DNA of 64,000 nt from Gemmatimonadales bacterium (GCA_037045245.1 JBAOHR010000011.1:64302-128301), one strand, 5' to 3'; counted from the stretch's first letter, positions 13,956-24,802 are shown. Numbers and translations are program-made. Notes: generated from the letters alone by a model not told the origin.

Positions 13956-15509
13956 ATGCCCGACAACCCGTCCCGTCTTGAGGACCTCCGACACCGCCAG
14001 GCCCTGGCCGAGCAGGGTGGCGGTGCCGCACGGATCGCGCAGCAGCACAAGAAGGGGAAGCTCACCGCCCGCGAGCGGCTCGACCTCCTCCTCGATCCCG
14101 GCTCCTTCGTCGAACTCGATCGTTTCGTCACCCATCGCACCACCGACTTCGGCATGGCCGACGACCGACCGCTCGGCGACGGCGTCGTCACCGGCTGGGG
14201 GCGCATCGACGGGCGGCTCGTCTACGTCTTCTCGCAGGACTTCACCGTGTTCGGCGGCTCGCTCTCCGAGACCCACGCGGCGAAGATCTGCAAGGTGATG
14301 GACCTCGCGGTGCGGAACGGCGCACCGATGATCGGCCTGAACGACTCAGGCGGCGCGCGGATCCAGGAAGGGGTCGCCTCGCTCGGCGGCTACGCGGACA
14401 TCTTCCTCCGCAACACGCTCGCCTCCGGCGTCGTGCCGCAGATCTCCGCGATCCTCGGGCCCTGCGCCGGCGGCGCGGTGTACTCGCCGGCGATCACCGA
14501 CTTCGTGCACATGGTGCGTGGCGTCGGCTACATGTTCGTGACCGGACCGAACGTGGTGAAGACGGTCACCCACGAGGACGTGACCTTCGATGACCTCGGC
14601 GGGGCGGACGTGCACGCCGAGACCTCCGGGGTGGCGCACTTCGTCCACGCCACCGAACCCGAGTGCCTGCTCGCGATCCGCACGCTCCTCGGCTTCCTCC
14701 CGTCGAACAACGTCGACGAGCCGCCGATGGTGCCGACGGCCGACCCGGCGGACCGGCGCGACGAGCGACTGCTCGACGTGATCCCCGACCTCGCCTCGAA
14801 GCCGTACGACATGCACGAGGTCGTCGGCGCCGTGGTCGATGACGCGATCTTCCACGAGGTGATGCCGGCGTTTGCCGGGAACATCCTGACCGGCTTTGCC
14901 CGACTCGGCGGTCGCCCTGTCGGGATCGTGGCGAACCAGCCGGCCGTGCTCGCGGGGGTGCTCGACATCAATGCCTCGGTGAAGGCGGCCCGGTTCATCC
15001 GCTTCTGTGATGCCTTCAACATCCCGCTCGTCACCTTTGTCGATGTCCCCGGCTTCCTCCCCGGCGTCGGCCAGGAGCACGGCGGCATCATCCGGCATGG
15101 CGCCAAGCTGTTGTACGCGTACTGTGAGGCGACCGTCCCGAAGTTGACCGTCATCACGCGGAAGGCGTACGGTGGGGCGTACGACGTGATGAGCTCGAAG
15201 CACATTCGCGGCGACGTCAACCTCGCCTGGCCGACGGCGGAGATCGCGGTGATGGGACCGAAGGGAGCGGTGGAGATCCTCTACAAGCACGAGATTGCTG
15301 CCGCGGCCGACCCGGTCGCCGAAGCGGCCGCGAAGACCGATGCCTACACCCAGGCCTTCGCGACCCCTTATCAGGCGGCCGCGCGCGGCTACATTGATGA
15401 TGTCATCGATCCGCGGGACACCCGCCCGCGACTGATCGACGCGCTCCAGACGCTCGAGACCAAGCGCGACCGCAATCCACCGAAAAAGCACGGATGCATC
15501 CCACTCTGA
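13956..15509 (+). CDS. Acyl-CoA carboxylase carboxyltransferase subunit (PccB/AccD5/MmdA family)
   Basis: [14 protein letters not shown]...[21 protein letters not shown]...[28 protein letters not shown]...[16 protein letters not shown]; full-length match to propionyl-CoA carboxylase beta chains. ATG 13956 lies inside ORF 12894..15509. Confidence 0.9.
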   Translation: MPDNPSRLEDLRHRQALAEQGGGAARIAQQHKKGKLTARERLDLLLDPGSFVELDRFVTHRTTDFGMADDRPLGDGVVTGWGRIDGRLVYVFSQDFTVFGGSLSETHAAKICKVMDLAVRNGAPMIGLNDSGGARIQEGVASLGGYADIFLRNTLASGVVPQISAILGPCAGGAVYSPAITDFVHMVRGVGYMFVTGPNVVKTVTHEDVTFDDLGGADVHAETSGVAHFVHATEPECLLAIRTLLGFLPSNNVDEPPMVPTADPADRRDERLLDVIPDLASKPYDMHEVVGAVVDDAIFHEVMPAFAGNILTGFARLGGRPVGIVANQPAVLAGVLDINASVKAARFIRFCDAFNIPLVTFVDVPGFLPGVGQEHGGIIRHGAKLLYAYCEATVPKLTVITRKAYGGAYDVMSSKHIRGDVNLAWPTAEIAVMGPKGAVEILYKHEIAAAADPVAEAAAKTDAYTQAFATPYQAAARGYIDDVIDPRDTRPRLIDALQTLETKRDRNPPKKHGCIPL

Positions 15510-16513
15510 CCCCCCGCCGGGCGCGTCGCGCCGCTCTCGCCCTGGGCCTCATCGCCTGGGCGTCGGGGCTCCGCGCGCAGACGACGCCCGTCGGCGGCAA
15601 CGCGGCGGCCGGGAGTTCGGCGGTCCAGCGCGCCGAGTCGTTGTTGCGCGACGGCCGCCGGGTCGAGGCCAAGATGTTCCTGGGCCAGCACCTCGCCCTT
15701 GAGCCGAACGACGGCCGCGCCTGGTTCGCCCTGGGCCGGATCCACCTCGGCGACGCGCAGCGTTGGCATCGCGAAGGCCATCCGGCGACCGGCGTCGGGA
15801 TTCCCGTCGCGGAGTTCGCCTCGTCGGCGTTCGAGCAGGCGCATCGGTTGCTGGCCGACTCGGCCAGCGTCTACCTAGTGCTGGCCATCGTCGAGCGGAC
15901 GACGCTCCGGATCGAGCGCCTCGGGTGGGCTGGCGGCATCGAACCGCCGGTCGCGCCCGAGGAACTGCCACTGCCCCCGGTCCTCAACGAACTCGGTCGC
16001 AACCTGATGGGGTCCTGCCCGCGCGGCGGGGTGCTCGTGACCGGATCGCTGGTGGAGACGGCGGCGGTCTGGGGGGCGCGGCTCCTCGACGACGAGCGCA
16101 GCGACCTGATCCTGCTCCGGCCCGATCTCTACGCCTTCGATTCGCTCTACCGCGGCCGGATGGCGACGGCGATCGGGGCTGATTCGTCGGCGGAGCTGCC
16201 GGCCGCGTTGGTGGCGGCGAGTGCGAAGCGCCCTGTCTGTCTCACGCCGACCGTCGATTCGATCACCACCACGGCGCTCAGCTGGCACCCACTGCGCCTG
16301 GTGCTCGCCGCCGGCACCATCGCCAACGGCGAGGTCCCGGCGCCGATGAGCGTGCATCAATTGGCGCGCACCGGTCTGGCCGGCTCCGTCTGGAGCGAGG
16401 CCGTGCGCGACGTCTACGAGCTCGCCGCGCGCCGCAATCGCACCCTCTGCGAATCGCTCTTCAACCGACCCGACGCCCACGGGCTCCCGGCGATCTCGGC
16501 CTGTCCCCGATGA
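15494..16513 (+). CDS. Exported hypothetical protein
   Basis: Signal-peptide-like [29 protein letters not shown]. High GC3. Overlaps both neighbours (16 nt with the upstream gene, ATGA with the downstream one). No family recognised. Confidence 0.5.
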   Translation: MHPTLTPRRARRAALALGLIAWASGLRAQTTPVGGNAAAGSSAVQRAESLLRDGRRVEAKMFLGQHLALEPNDGRAWFALGRIHLGDAQRWHREGHPATGVGIPVAEFASSAFEQAHRLLADSASVYLVLAIVERTTLRIERLGWAGGIEPPVAPEELPLPPVLNELGRNLMGSCPRGGVLVTGSLVETAAVWGARLLDDERSDLILLRPDLYAFDSLYRGRMATAIGADSSAELPAALVAASAKRPVCLTPTVDSITTTALSWHPLRLVLAAGTIANGEVPAPMSVHQLARTGLAGSVWSEAVRDVYELAARRNRTLCESLFNRPDAHGLPAISACPR

Positions 16514-18030
16514 CCACTCGTTCCATCCGACGCGTCCTGGTGGCCAACCGGGGCGAGATCGCGTTGCGCATCATCCGCGCCTGCCGTGACGAAGGACTCG
16601 AGGCCGTCGCCGTCTACTCCGACGCCGACCGCCATGCCCCCTTTGTCCGCGCTGCCGACGTCGCCGTGCGACTCGGGCCGGCCCCTGCGGCCGAGAGCTA
16701 CCTCAACGCATCCTTGATCCTCGCGGCGGCGCGCACCAGTGGGGCCGACGCAATCCATCCCGGCTACGGCTTCTTCTCCGAGCGGGCCCCGTTCGCGCGG
16801 GCCGTCGAAGAGGCGGGCCTCGTGTGGATCGGTCCGCCATCCACGGCGATCGAGGCGATGGGCGACAAGACCGCCGCCCGGCGCCTCATGCAGGCTGCCG
16901 GCGTGCCGATCGTGCCCGGTGCCGTGGCGGCGCTCGGGAATCCCGACGACGCCCTCGTGATGGCGGAGCAGATCGGCTATCCGGTGCTCGTGAAGGCGGC
17001 GGCCGGCGGCGGCGGGAAGGGGATGCGCGTGGTGACCACCGCCGCGGCCCTCCCCGGTGCGCTCACCTCCGCGGCGAGCGAGGCGCTCAAGGCCTTCGGC
17101 GATGGCAGCGTCTATCTCGAGAAGTACGTCGAGCGTCCGCGCCACGTCGAGATCCAGGTGCTCGCCGACCACCTGCGCACGGTGCACGTCGGCGAGCGCG
17201 AGTGCTCCGTGCAGCGGCGCCACCAGAAGCTCCTCGAGGAAGCGCCCTCGGTGGCGGTCTCGCCGGCGCTGCGCGAGGCGATGGGTGCCGCAGCGGTCGC
17301 GGCCGCGGCGGCGGTGGGCTACCGCGGGGCGGGGACATGCGAATTCCTCCTCGCTGCCGACGGCTCGTTCTACTTCCTCGAGATGAACACGCGCATCCAG
17401 GTCGAGCACCCGGTCACGGAAGAGGTGTACGGCGTCGACCTGGTCCGAGAACAGCTCCGCATCGCGCGCGGCCTCCCGATGTCGCTGCCCGAGGGGCCCC
17501 TGGTGCCGCGCGGCTGGTCGATCGAATGCCGCATCACCTCGGAAGATCCGGCCAACCAGCTGCTGCCGAGCGCCGGACGCATTCGCTGGATGCGCGCTCC
17601 CGCCGGCCCCGGCGTCCGTTGGGAGAGTGGCGTCGAGGCTGGCAGCGAGGTGACGCTCCACTACGACTCGATGCTCGCGAAACTGATCGTCCATGCACCG
17701 TCTCGGCCGATGGCGATCGACGCGATGCGCCGCGCCCTCGACGAGCTGGTGATCGTCGGCGTCGCCACCAACGCCTCTTTCCATCGCCGACTGCTCGCCG
17801 ATCCCGACTTCGTCGCGGGGGCGATCGACATCCAGTTCCTCGAACGCCGTCCCGACCTGCTCACGACGCCGGAATCCGAGGGCGACCTGCGGCGGCTTGC
17901 GGTCGCCGTCGCGCTCCTCGAGGAGCAGCGGCGGCAGGCGCGAAAGCCCGCCACTCGGAACGGCGATCATGCCCCGGCGAGCGCCGTGTCGGCGTGGCGG
18001 ACCGCGGCGCGCCGCGACGGCCTCCGGTGA
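16510..18030 (+). CDS. accC: Biotin carboxylase (ATP-grasp) subunit of an acetyl/propionyl-CoA carboxylase, without a fused BCCP domain
   Basis: RRVLVANRGEIALRIIRACRDEGLEAVAVYSDADR...HPGYGFFSE...GYPVLVKAAAGGGGKGMRVV...EMNTRIQVEHPVTE are canonical biotin carboxylase motifs. Confidence 0.9.
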   Translation: MTTRSIRRVLVANRGEIALRIIRACRDEGLEAVAVYSDADRHAPFVRAADVAVRLGPAPAAESYLNASLILAAARTSGADAIHPGYGFFSERAPFARAVEEAGLVWIGPPSTAIEAMGDKTAARRLMQAAGVPIVPGAVAALGNPDDALVMAEQIGYPVLVKAAAGGGGKGMRVVTTAAALPGALTSAASEALKAFGDGSVYLEKYVERPRHVEIQVLADHLRTVHVGERECSVQRRHQKLLEEAPSVAVSPALREAMGAAAVAAAAAVGYRGAGTCEFLLAADGSFYFLEMNTRIQVEHPVTEEVYGVDLVREQLRIARGLPMSLPEGPLVPRGWSIECRITSEDPANQLLPSAGRIRWMRAPAGPGVRWESGVEAGSEVTLHYDSMLAKLIVHAPSRPMAIDAMRRALDELVIVGVATNASFHRRLLADPDFVAGAIDIQFLERRPDLLTTPESEGDLRRLAVAVALLEEQRRQARKPATRNGDHAPASAVSAWRTAARRDGLR

Positions 18031-19259
18031 GCGCGGACGCCACCGAGGTCGAGGTGCGGGCGATCGCGGCGGGCGGTGATGGCGTGGCCACGTTGGAGGA
18101 CGGACGCACCGTCTTCATCCCGCGGACCGCACCCGGCGACCGCGTGCGGCTGCGAACGCTCCGCTTGCACAAGCGCTTCGCGCGGGCCGAGATCGGCGAG
18201 ATCCTCACCCACGGCGCGGGCCGCGTCACGCCGCCCTGCCCGCACTACGTGCGCGATCGCTGCGGCAGCTGCCAGCTGATGCACCTGAGCCCCGACGCGC
18301 AGCGCGCCGCCAAGGGGCGCATCGCCGGCGACGCGCTGCGCCGGATCGGCAAGCTCGACATCGCCGATCCCGTCGTCATCGCGTCACCGACGCAGCTCGG
18401 CTATCGCGCCAAGGTGACCTTCGCGGTGGCCGGCGGTCGGATGGGGTACCATCCGCTCGGCCAGCCCGATCGCGTGCTCGACATCCGCGATTGCCTCCTC
18501 GCGGAACCGGCCGTTCGTCGGCTGCACCAGGCGGTGCGCGCCTCGTTGTCGCTCCTGCCGGCCGACGTGACGCGCGTGGTCTTCCGGCGCGATCGGCACG
18601 AGGGGCTGCATGTCGTGGTGCGCACCGACGGCAAGGATGCCTGGGTCAAGGGAAAGGCGCTCCATGGGCAGCTCGAGCGCGCCGGCGTGACGGCGACGAT
18701 CTGGTGGCATCCCGAGGGCGGGGCGCCGCGCTCCGTGGCGGGCGGCGCGCAGCCGTGGCCCGCGACGGTGTTCGAACAGGTGCACCCGGCGATGGGGCAG
18801 ATGGTACGGGAGGCCGCGCTGCATGCGCTCGGCAATCTCGAGGGCGCACATGCGTGGGATCTCTACGCCGGGGTCGGCGAGACCACCGTGGCCCTGGCTG
18901 CGCGTGGTGCGACGGTCGAGAGCGTCGAGCTCGATCGTCGGGCGGTGGAGCAGGCGGAGCGGGACGGGCCCGCGGGCCCCGTGCGGCGCGCGGGCCTGGT
19001 CGAGGAGCGCATCGGCCAGATGCGGCCGCCGACCGTCGTCGTCACCAACCCGCCGCGCAGCGGGATGGAGCCGGTCGTGACCGAGGCGCTCGCGGCCTCG
19101 ACCGCGCGTCGGATCGTGTACGTCTCCTGTGATCCCGCGACGCTCGCGCGCGACATCGCCCGGCTGACGCCGGTGTTCACCACGACTGCCGTGCAGGCCT
19201 TTGACCAGTTTCCCCAGACCGCACATCTCGAGTGCGTGGCGCTGCTGGAGCGGCGATGA
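18027..19259 (+). CDS. RumA/TrmA-family RNA (uracil-5-)-methyltransferase (TRAM domain, Fe-S Cys cluster, SAM-dependent MTase)
   Basis: GTG 18027 (GTGA overlap with accC). CPHYVRDRCGSCQLMH Cys cluster, DLYAGVGETTVALA SAM motif, VVTNPPRSG and YVSCDPATLARD catalytic motifs. Confidence 0.8.
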   Translation: MSADATEVEVRAIAAGGDGVATLEDGRTVFIPRTAPGDRVRLRTLRLHKRFARAEIGEILTHGAGRVTPPCPHYVRDRCGSCQLMHLSPDAQRAAKGRIAGDALRRIGKLDIADPVVIASPTQLGYRAKVTFAVAGGRMGYHPLGQPDRVLDIRDCLLAEPAVRRLHQAVRASLSLLPADVTRVVFRRDRHEGLHVVVRTDGKDAWVKGKALHGQLERAGVTATIWWHPEGGAPRSVAGGAQPWPATVFEQVHPAMGQMVREAALHALGNLEGAHAWDLYAGVGETTVALAARGATVESVELDRRAVEQAERDGPAGPVRRAGLVEERIGQMRPPTVVVTNPPRSGMEPVVTEALAASTARRIVYVSCDPATLARDIARLTPVFTTTAVQAFDQFPQTAHLECVALLERR

Positions 19260-19762
19260 AATACTTCGTGACGATCGGTGAACGCACGCTGGAAGTCGCC
19301 GTGGATGGCGACCAGGTGGCGGTCGACGGGGTGGCGCACACCGCGCACCTCGACGCCGTGCCCGGAACGCCGGAGCAGCGGGTCGTGATCGACGGCGTCG
19401 CACACACCCTGGCCATCGATGGCTTCGCCGATGCATCCTGGCGCGTGGTCGACCGGGGCGCCGTGCGCGACGTCGGGATCGAAGATGAGCGGGCGCGACA
19501 CATCCGGTCGCTGGTGGGGTCCAACGGGGCCGCGGCGACCGGCGGCGTGCTGAAGGCGCCGATGCCGGGGCTGGTGGTACGCATCGACGTGGCGGTCGGT
19601 GACACGGTGGCCGTCGGCGACGCGCTCGTGGTCCTCGAGGCGATGAAGATGGAGAACGAACTGAAGGCGACGATCGCCGGCGTGGTTGCCGCGATTCGCG
19701 TCGCGGTCGGTGCCGCCGTCGAGAAGGGCGCCCCGCTGCTGGAGATCGCCCCGCCCGCCTGA
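19256..19762 (+). CDS. Biotin carboxyl carrier / biotin-lipoyl attachment domain protein
   Basis: C-terminal GVLKAPMPGLVVRI...VVLEAMKMENEL biotinylation motif (EAMKM). ATGA overlap with the upstream methyltransferase gene. Confidence 0.8.
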   Translation: MKYFVTIGERTLEVAVDGDQVAVDGVAHTAHLDAVPGTPEQRVVIDGVAHTLAIDGFADASWRVVDRGAVRDVGIEDERARHIRSLVGSNGAAATGGVLKAPMPGLVVRIDVAVGDTVAVGDALVVLEAMKMENELKATIAGVVAAIRVAVGAAVEKGAPLLEIAPPA

Positions 19763-19834
19763 TCTGATCAGCGACCCGGCCACCCTCCGGGTAGCTTGTA
19801 GCATCCCCTCTCTCCCTCCTCCCCGGAGCGACCG

Positions 19835-20302
19835 ATGCCCGTGACCTTTACCCTCAACGGCAAGCGCACCACCGTCGACGCGGTCGGCCAGATGCCGCTG
19901 CTCTGGGTGCTGCGCGATCTCCTCGACCTCAAGGGCACCAAGTACGGTTGCGGCGAGGGGCTCTGCGGGGCGTGCACCGTCCACCTCGACGGGAAGGCGG
20001 TGCGCTCCTGCCAGATTCCGCTCGACGGGGCGGCGGGGAAGCGGGTCACCACCATCGAGGGGCTCGCGGTCGACGGGACGCACCCGGTCCAGCGCGCCTG
20101 GGAAGCGGCGGATGTGCCGCAGTGCGGCTACTGCCAGGCCGGCCAGCTGATGACGGCCGCCGCCCTCCTCGCCGCGACCCCGCAGCCGACCGACGAGGAG
20201 ATCGACGAGGCGATGGAGGGCAACCTCTGCCGCTGCGCCACCTACACGCGCATCCGCGCCGCGATCCATCAGGCCGCGGCGATGCCGAAGGGGGCGCGAT
20301 GA
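19835..20302 (+). CDS. (2Fe-2S)-binding small subunit of a molybdenum hydroxylase (IorA/aldehyde oxidoreductase small-subunit type)
   Basis: [16 protein letters not shown]...RSCQ and CGYCQAGQ...NLCRCATY are the two [2Fe-2S] Cys motifs. Confidence 0.9.
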   Translation: MPVTFTLNGKRTTVDAVGQMPLLWVLRDLLDLKGTKYGCGEGLCGACTVHLDGKAVRSCQIPLDGAAGKRVTTIEGLAVDGTHPVQRAWEAADVPQCGYCQAGQLMTAAALLAATPQPTDEEIDEAMEGNLCRCATYTRIRAAIHQAAAMPKGAR

Positions 20303-22488
20303 CCGCCGCCCTCGACCGCCGCGAGTTCCTGAAGGTCACCGCGCTCGCCGGGGGCGGGATCGCCATCGGTTCGTGGTGGCAGCCGCTCGATGCCGCCGGC
20401 GCCCCGATGGCGGAGGTGTTCGAGCCGAACGCCTTCATCCGGATCACCGCCGATTCCGTCATCACGATCGTCTCGAAGAATCCGGAGATTGGGCAGGGGA
20501 TCAAGACCTCGCTGCCGATGCTCGTCGCCGAGGAACTGGACGTCGCGTGGACCTCGGTGGTCGTCGAGCAGGCGATGAGTGATCCGGCGCGCTACGGCTC
20601 GCAGGTGGCGGGCGGGAGCACCGCTACCCCGGGCCACTACGATTCGATGCGCCAGGCGGGCGCAGTGGCCCGGCAGATGCTGGTGGCCGCCGCCGCCGCG
20701 ACGTGGGGTGTCCCCGAGGCCGAGTGCACCACGAGTGGCGGGATGGTGCGGCATGCGGGCAGCAAGCGCGCGATGCGCTACGGCGCGCTCGCGGCGAAGG
20801 CGGCGACGCTGCCGGTCCCCGATGCCAAGACGGTGCGGCTCAAGGACCCCAAGGACTTCACCGTCATCGGCACCGCCGTGCCGGGCGTCGACAATCCCGC
20901 CATCGTGCGCGGCAAGCCGCTGTTCGGGATCGACGTCACGGTGCCGGGGATGCTGTACGCCGTCTTCCAGAAGTGCCCCGTCTTCGGCGGCACGGTGGTC
21001 TCTGCCAACCTCGACGCGGTGCGCGCGCTCCCCGGCGTGCGGCAGGCGTTCGTCGTGACCGGCGGCACCAACCTCGCCGGCCTGCTCGGTGGCGTCGCGA
21101 TCCTGGCCGACAGCTGGTGGGCCGCCAACGAGGCGCGCAAGCAGCTCAAGGTCACGTGGGCCGAAGGAGCCACCGCCGCGCAGAGCAGTGCCGGCTTCGC
21201 GGCGCAGGCGGCCACGTTGTCCGCGGGAACGCCGCAGCGGACGCTGCGCCAGGACGGCGACGTCGGTGCGGCGCTGGGCGGCGCGGCGCAGACGGTGGAG
21301 GCGGCGTACAGCTATCCGTTCCTCGCGCACGCGACCCTCGAGCCGATGAACTGCACGGCGCGCGTGGTCGACGGCAAGGTCGAGATCTGGGCACCGTCGC
21401 AGAACCCGCAGTCGGGGCGGCAGCTCGTGGCACAGACCCTCGGCGTCCCCGCCGCGGACATCACCATTCACATGACGCGCGTCGGCGGTGGCTTCGGTCG
21501 CCGGCTCAACAACGACTACATGGTGGAAGCCGCGGCGATCGCGAAGCAGGCCGGCGTCCCGGTCAAGCTCCTCTGGTCACGGGCGGACGACATCCAGCAC
21601 GACTTCTATCGCCCCGCCGGCTTCCACTTCCTGAAGGGCGGCGTCGATGCCTCCGGCAAGCTGGTGGCGTGGCAGAACCACTTCGTCTCGTTCGGCGAGG
21701 GACAGGGGTTCGTCGCGAGTGCCAACATCGGCGCGACCGAGTTTCCGGCGCTCTTCATCCCCAACTACCTGCTGCAATCCTCGGTCATGCCGCTCGGCGT
21801 GCCGACCGGTTTCCTCCGCGCCCCGGGGAGCAACGCACTCGCCTTCGTCGCGCAGTCCTTCCTCGATGAACTCGCGCATGCGGCGAAGAAGGACCCGCTG
21901 CAGTTCCGCCTCGACCTGCTCGGTCCGGCGCGCGTGGTCGAGGAGAACGGTCGCACCATCTACGACGCGGGCCGGATGCGCGGCGTGCTCGAGGCGGTAC
22001 GGCAGCGGTCGGGGTGGGGCACCCGCGCGTTGCCGACCGGACACGGCCTCGGCGTCGCCTTTCACTTCTCGCATCGCGGCTACTTCGCCGAGGTGGTCGA
22101 GGCGAGCGTCTCGAGTGACGGCGGCGTGCGCGTGCACGGCGTCTGGGTGGCGGGGGACATCGGTCGCCAGGTCGTCAACCCGAGCAACGCCGTGAATCAG
22201 GTCCAGGGCTCCGTCATCGATGGTCTTTCCGAGGCGTTCAGCCAGGAGATCACGATCAAGGCGGGCCGGGTGGAGCAGAGCAATTTCGACGACTTCCTCC
22301 TGCTGCGGATGCCACAGTCGCCGAAGGTGATCGACGTCCACTTCGTGACCTCCGATGTCGGGCCGACCGGCCTGGGCGAGCCAGCCCTGCCGCCCGTGGT
22401 CCCCGCGCTCTGCAACGCGATCTTCGCGGTCACCGGGAAGCGCATTCGCTCGCTGCCGCTGTCGCGCCATGGCCTGCACCCGGCCTGA
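20299..22488 (+). CDS. Molybdopterin-binding large subunit of a xanthine dehydrogenase/aldehyde oxidase-family oxidoreductase (IorB-like), Tat-exported
   Basis: [20 protein letters not shown] twin-arginine signal. IorB-type sequence throughout ([19 protein letters not shown]...). ATGA overlap with the small subunit gene. Confidence 0.9.
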   Translation: MTAALDRREFLKVTALAGGGIAIGSWWQPLDAAGAPMAEVFEPNAFIRITADSVITIVSKNPEIGQGIKTSLPMLVAEELDVAWTSVVVEQAMSDPARYGSQVAGGSTATPGHYDSMRQAGAVARQMLVAAAAATWGVPEAECTTSGGMVRHAGSKRAMRYGALAAKAATLPVPDAKTVRLKDPKDFTVIGTAVPGVDNPAIVRGKPLFGIDVTVPGMLYAVFQKCPVFGGTVVSANLDAVRALPGVRQAFVVTGGTNLAGLLGGVAILADSWWAANEARKQLKVTWAEGATAAQSSAGFAAQAATLSAGTPQRTLRQDGDVGAALGGAAQTVEAAYSYPFLAHATLEPMNCTARVVDGKVEIWAPSQNPQSGRQLVAQTLGVPAADITIHMTRVGGGFGRRLNNDYMVEAAAIAKQAGVPVKLLWSRADDIQHDFYRPAGFHFLKGGVDASGKLVAWQNHFVSFGEGQGFVASANIGATEFPALFIPNYLLQSSVMPLGVPTGFLRAPGSNALAFVAQSFLDELAHAAKKDPLQFRLDLLGPARVVEENGRTIYDAGRMRGVLEAVRQRSGWGTRALPTGHGLGVAFHFSHRGYFAEVVEASVSSDGGVRVHGVWVAGDIGRQVVNPSNAVNQVQGSVIDGLSEAFSQEITIKAGRVEQSNFDDFLLLRMPQSPKVIDVHFVTSDVGPTGLGEPALPPVVPALCNAIFAVTGKRIRSLPLSRHGLHPA

Positions 22489-22503
22489 GGCGCAGCGCGC
22501 ACG

Positions 22504-23508
22504 ATGAAGCACTGGGCCGAGTCCCGTCAGGTCTACGCGGCGATCGCCGAGCTGCAGCGACGCGGCGTCGCGGCGGCGCTCGCCATCGTGGTGCGCGTGC
22601 ACGGCTCGGCATACCGGCATGAGGGGGCCAAGGTGCTGGTGGGGGCGGACGGGACGATCGTCGGCAACGTGAGCGGAGGCTGCCTCGAGCAGGACGTGCG
22701 CGAGGTGGCCCGTCGCGTCCTCGCGACCGGGACGGCGGAGCGACGGCAGTACTGCTCGGGCAGCGATGAAATCGCGGCGTGGGATCTCGGCGTCGGCTGC
22801 GAAGGAACGGTCGAACTGTTCATCGTGCCGGTGGTGGACGACCATGCCGCCGAGCGGACGGCGATCGCGCGCGAGATGCCGTTCGTCGTCGAGGTGCCGC
22901 TGGATGGCGCGGGCGGCCGGCGACTCCGGGTCGGCGCTGGTACGGCGGGGCTGGTCACCGACGCCGAGGGCAGGGCGTGGTTCGTGGATGCCTTCGCCCC
23001 GCCGCCGCGACTCCTCGTCTGCGGGGCGGGGGATGACGCGATCCCGCTGGCGCGTCTCGCCGTCGCGACCGGCTTCCGCGTGACGGTCGCGGACCGTCGG
23101 CCCGGCCTGCTCACCGCGGATCGGTTCGGCGACGACGTGGCCCTGTGCCTCGCCCAGCCGCGCGACGTTGCGAGGGCGTGCGCGGCCGACGCCGACGTCT
23201 TCGCCGTGGTGATGACCCACCACTATGCCGACGACCGCGGCTACCTCGAGTCGCTGCGGGACAGCGCCGTCGCCTACATCGGCATGCTCGGGCCGCGACA
23301 GCGGACGGAGCGGATGCTCGCGGCCACCGGCGATCCGACCGCCGGAGACGATCGGCGGGTGCACGCGCCGGCCGGCCTCGACATCGGGACGGATGGCGCG
23401 GAACAGGTGGCGCTCTCGATCATTGCGGAGGTCATGGCGGTGCACGCGGGCCGACCGGCGCGACCGCTGCGCGAACGCCGCGTGCCGATTCACGCGATCG
23501 ATGCCTGA
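22504..23508 (+). CDS. XdhC/CoxI-family molybdenum hydroxylase accessory protein
   Basis: VVRVHGSAYRHEGAKVLVGADGTIVGNVSGGCLE is the N-terminal XdhC signature, followed by a Rossmann-like C-terminal domain (LLVCGAGDDAIPLARLA). Confidence 0.8.
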   Translation: MKHWAESRQVYAAIAELQRRGVAAALAIVVRVHGSAYRHEGAKVLVGADGTIVGNVSGGCLEQDVREVARRVLATGTAERRQYCSGSDEIAAWDLGVGCEGTVELFIVPVVDDHAAERTAIAREMPFVVEVPLDGAGGRRLRVGAGTAGLVTDAEGRAWFVDAFAPPPRLLVCGAGDDAIPLARLAVATGFRVTVADRRPGLLTADRFGDDVALCLAQPRDVARACAADADVFAVVMTHHYADDRGYLESLRDSAVAYIGMLGPRQRTERMLAATGDPTAGDDRRVHAPAGLDIGTDGAEQVALSIIAEVMAVHAGRPARPLRERRVPIHAIDA

Positions 23509-24094
23509 CGCGCACGTCGCGGTGGTCGTCCTGGCCGCTGGCGCTTCCTCACGGATGGGACAACCGAAGCTCCTGCTGCCGCTCGCCGGAGAGCCGTTGC
23601 TCCGACGTGCGGCAGCGCGCGCACTCGCGAGCGGGGCATCGTCGGTGACGGTCGTCGTGCCGCCAGCCGCCCCGGATTGGCGCGAGGCGGTCGACGGCCT
23701 CGCCGTCTCGGTGGTGGAGGCACCGACCCTCGGGGGGCCGGTGAGCGGCTCGCTGCATGCGGCGATTGATGCCATCGACAAGGAGGCCGATGCCGTCCTC
23801 GTGGTGCTCGCCGACATGGTCGGGGTGACAGCGGCGATGATGTCGGCGGTGATCGCCGCCGGTGGATCGGCGCCGTGCCGCCTCGTTGGTTCCAGCTACG
23901 GCGATGTCGTGGCCCCGCCGCTGCTGATTCCTGCGCGACACTTTGCGGAGTTGCGCAGCAAGTCGGGAGATGGCATCGGGCGGGCCCTCTTCACGGCACA
24001 CGCGGCCGAGGCGCTGTGTGTCGACTGGCCCGCCGCCGCGCTGCACGACATCGATACGCCGGAGGACTACCAGGCCGTCGCGCGGGCCCAATAG
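23501..24094 (+). CDS. MobA/MocA-like nucleotidyltransferase (molybdenum cofactor cytidylyl/guanylyl-transferase family)
   Basis: VVVLAAGASSRMGQPKLLLPLAGEPLL is the N-terminal NTP-transferase motif. Sits in the context of the XdhC and Mo-hydroxylase genes. 8-nt overlap with the xdhC-like gene. Confidence 0.75.
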   Translation: MPDAHVAVVVLAAGASSRMGQPKLLLPLAGEPLLRRAAARALASGASSVTVVVPPAAPDWREAVDGLAVSVVEAPTLGGPVSGSLHAAIDAIDKEADAVLVVLADMVGVTAAMMSAVIAAGGSAPCRLVGSSYGDVVAPPLLIPARHFAELRSKSGDGIGRALFTAHAAEALCVDWPAAALHDIDTPEDYQAVARAQ

Positions 24095-24102
24095 TCGCAA
24101 CG

Positions 24103-24140
24103 ACAACGCGCCCGGACGAGGCATCGTCCGGGCGCGTTGT
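24103..24140. terminator. Bidirectional terminator hairpin between convergent genes
   Basis: Perfect 17-bp stem ACAACGCGCCCGGACGA / TCGTCCGGGCGCGTTGT with loop GGCA. Confidence 0.65.
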
Positions 24141-24163
24141 GTGTGATGGAGGGTGGTGCGGTG

Positions 24164-24802
24164 TTACTCGCCGCCGCCGCCGCCGGGCCCGCGTCCACCT
24201 CGGCCCTGGCCGCCCTGATCGCCGCCGCGTCCGCCACCCGCGCCACGCGCCGGCTGGCCGATCGGCCGCTGCTCGCCATACCACTTCTTCATCGCCTCGT
24301 ACTGCTCCTTGCTCAGCACGGGCTTGACCTGCTTCTCGAAGAAGGCGACGTCGAGCTTGCGGACCGCCTTGAGCTGCTTGTCGTACGCCTTCGACAGCTC
24401 CGGCTTGCTCATCGCGGTGAACGAGAAGCCGCCCGGCGAGGTCAGGTTCAGTTCGGTGGCGGCCTTCTTCACCGAGTCGCGCAGGACGGCCGTGGCGACG
24501 AGGTGCGCCGCGCGCAGCTGCTCCAGCTTGTCGTGCGTGGCCTGGTCAAGCGTGAGCAGCACGGTGAACGAGTCGAACGAGAACGGGCCGTCGAGGTCGT
24601 AGTGCAGCGGGCGCGGGGCCTGGTTGCCGCCGCCGCCGCCCATCCCGGTCATGTCCACCATCCCGGTGCCGCCACCGCCACCGCCGCCGCCCATCCCACG
24701 CCCACCACCGCCGCCGCCACCCTGCGCATTCAGGGCCGCCATCGGGGCGGCCGCGAGGGCAAGGGTGAGGGCGATGCGGGTCCAGCTGCGAAGATCCTTC
24801 AC
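24164..24802 (-). CDS. Exported Gly/Met-rich protein with LTXXQ-like motifs (possible Spy/CpxP/ZraP-like periplasmic protein)
   Basis: GTG 24802 with a GGGGGA RBS. Signal peptide VKDLRSWTRIALTLALAAAPMAALNAQ, then GGGGGGGRGMGGGGGGGGTGMVDMTGMGGGGG. A helical core carries LTLDQ and LSKEQ. Gly/Arg-rich C-terminal tail. Confidence 0.5.
   Translation of the reverse strand: MKDLRSWTRIALTLALAAAPMAALNAQGGGGGGGRGMGGGGGGGGTGMVDMTGMGGGGGNQAPRPLHYDLDGPFSFDSFTVLLTLDQATHDKLEQLRAAHLVATAVLRDSVKKAATELNLTSPGGFSFTAMSKPELSKAYDKQLKAVRKLDVAFFEKQVKPVLSKEQYEAMKKWYGEQRPIGQPARGAGGGRGGDQGGQGRGGRGPGGGGGE

Noticed and set aside
15494-16513. The hypothetical gene inside the carboxylase cluster as a GC-frame artefact.
   Set aside because: I kept it as a low-confidence CDS. 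It fills an otherwise 1-kb gap exactly, has a signal-peptide-like N-terminus, shows good GC3 bias, and its start and stop overlap both neighbours. An artefact remains possible.
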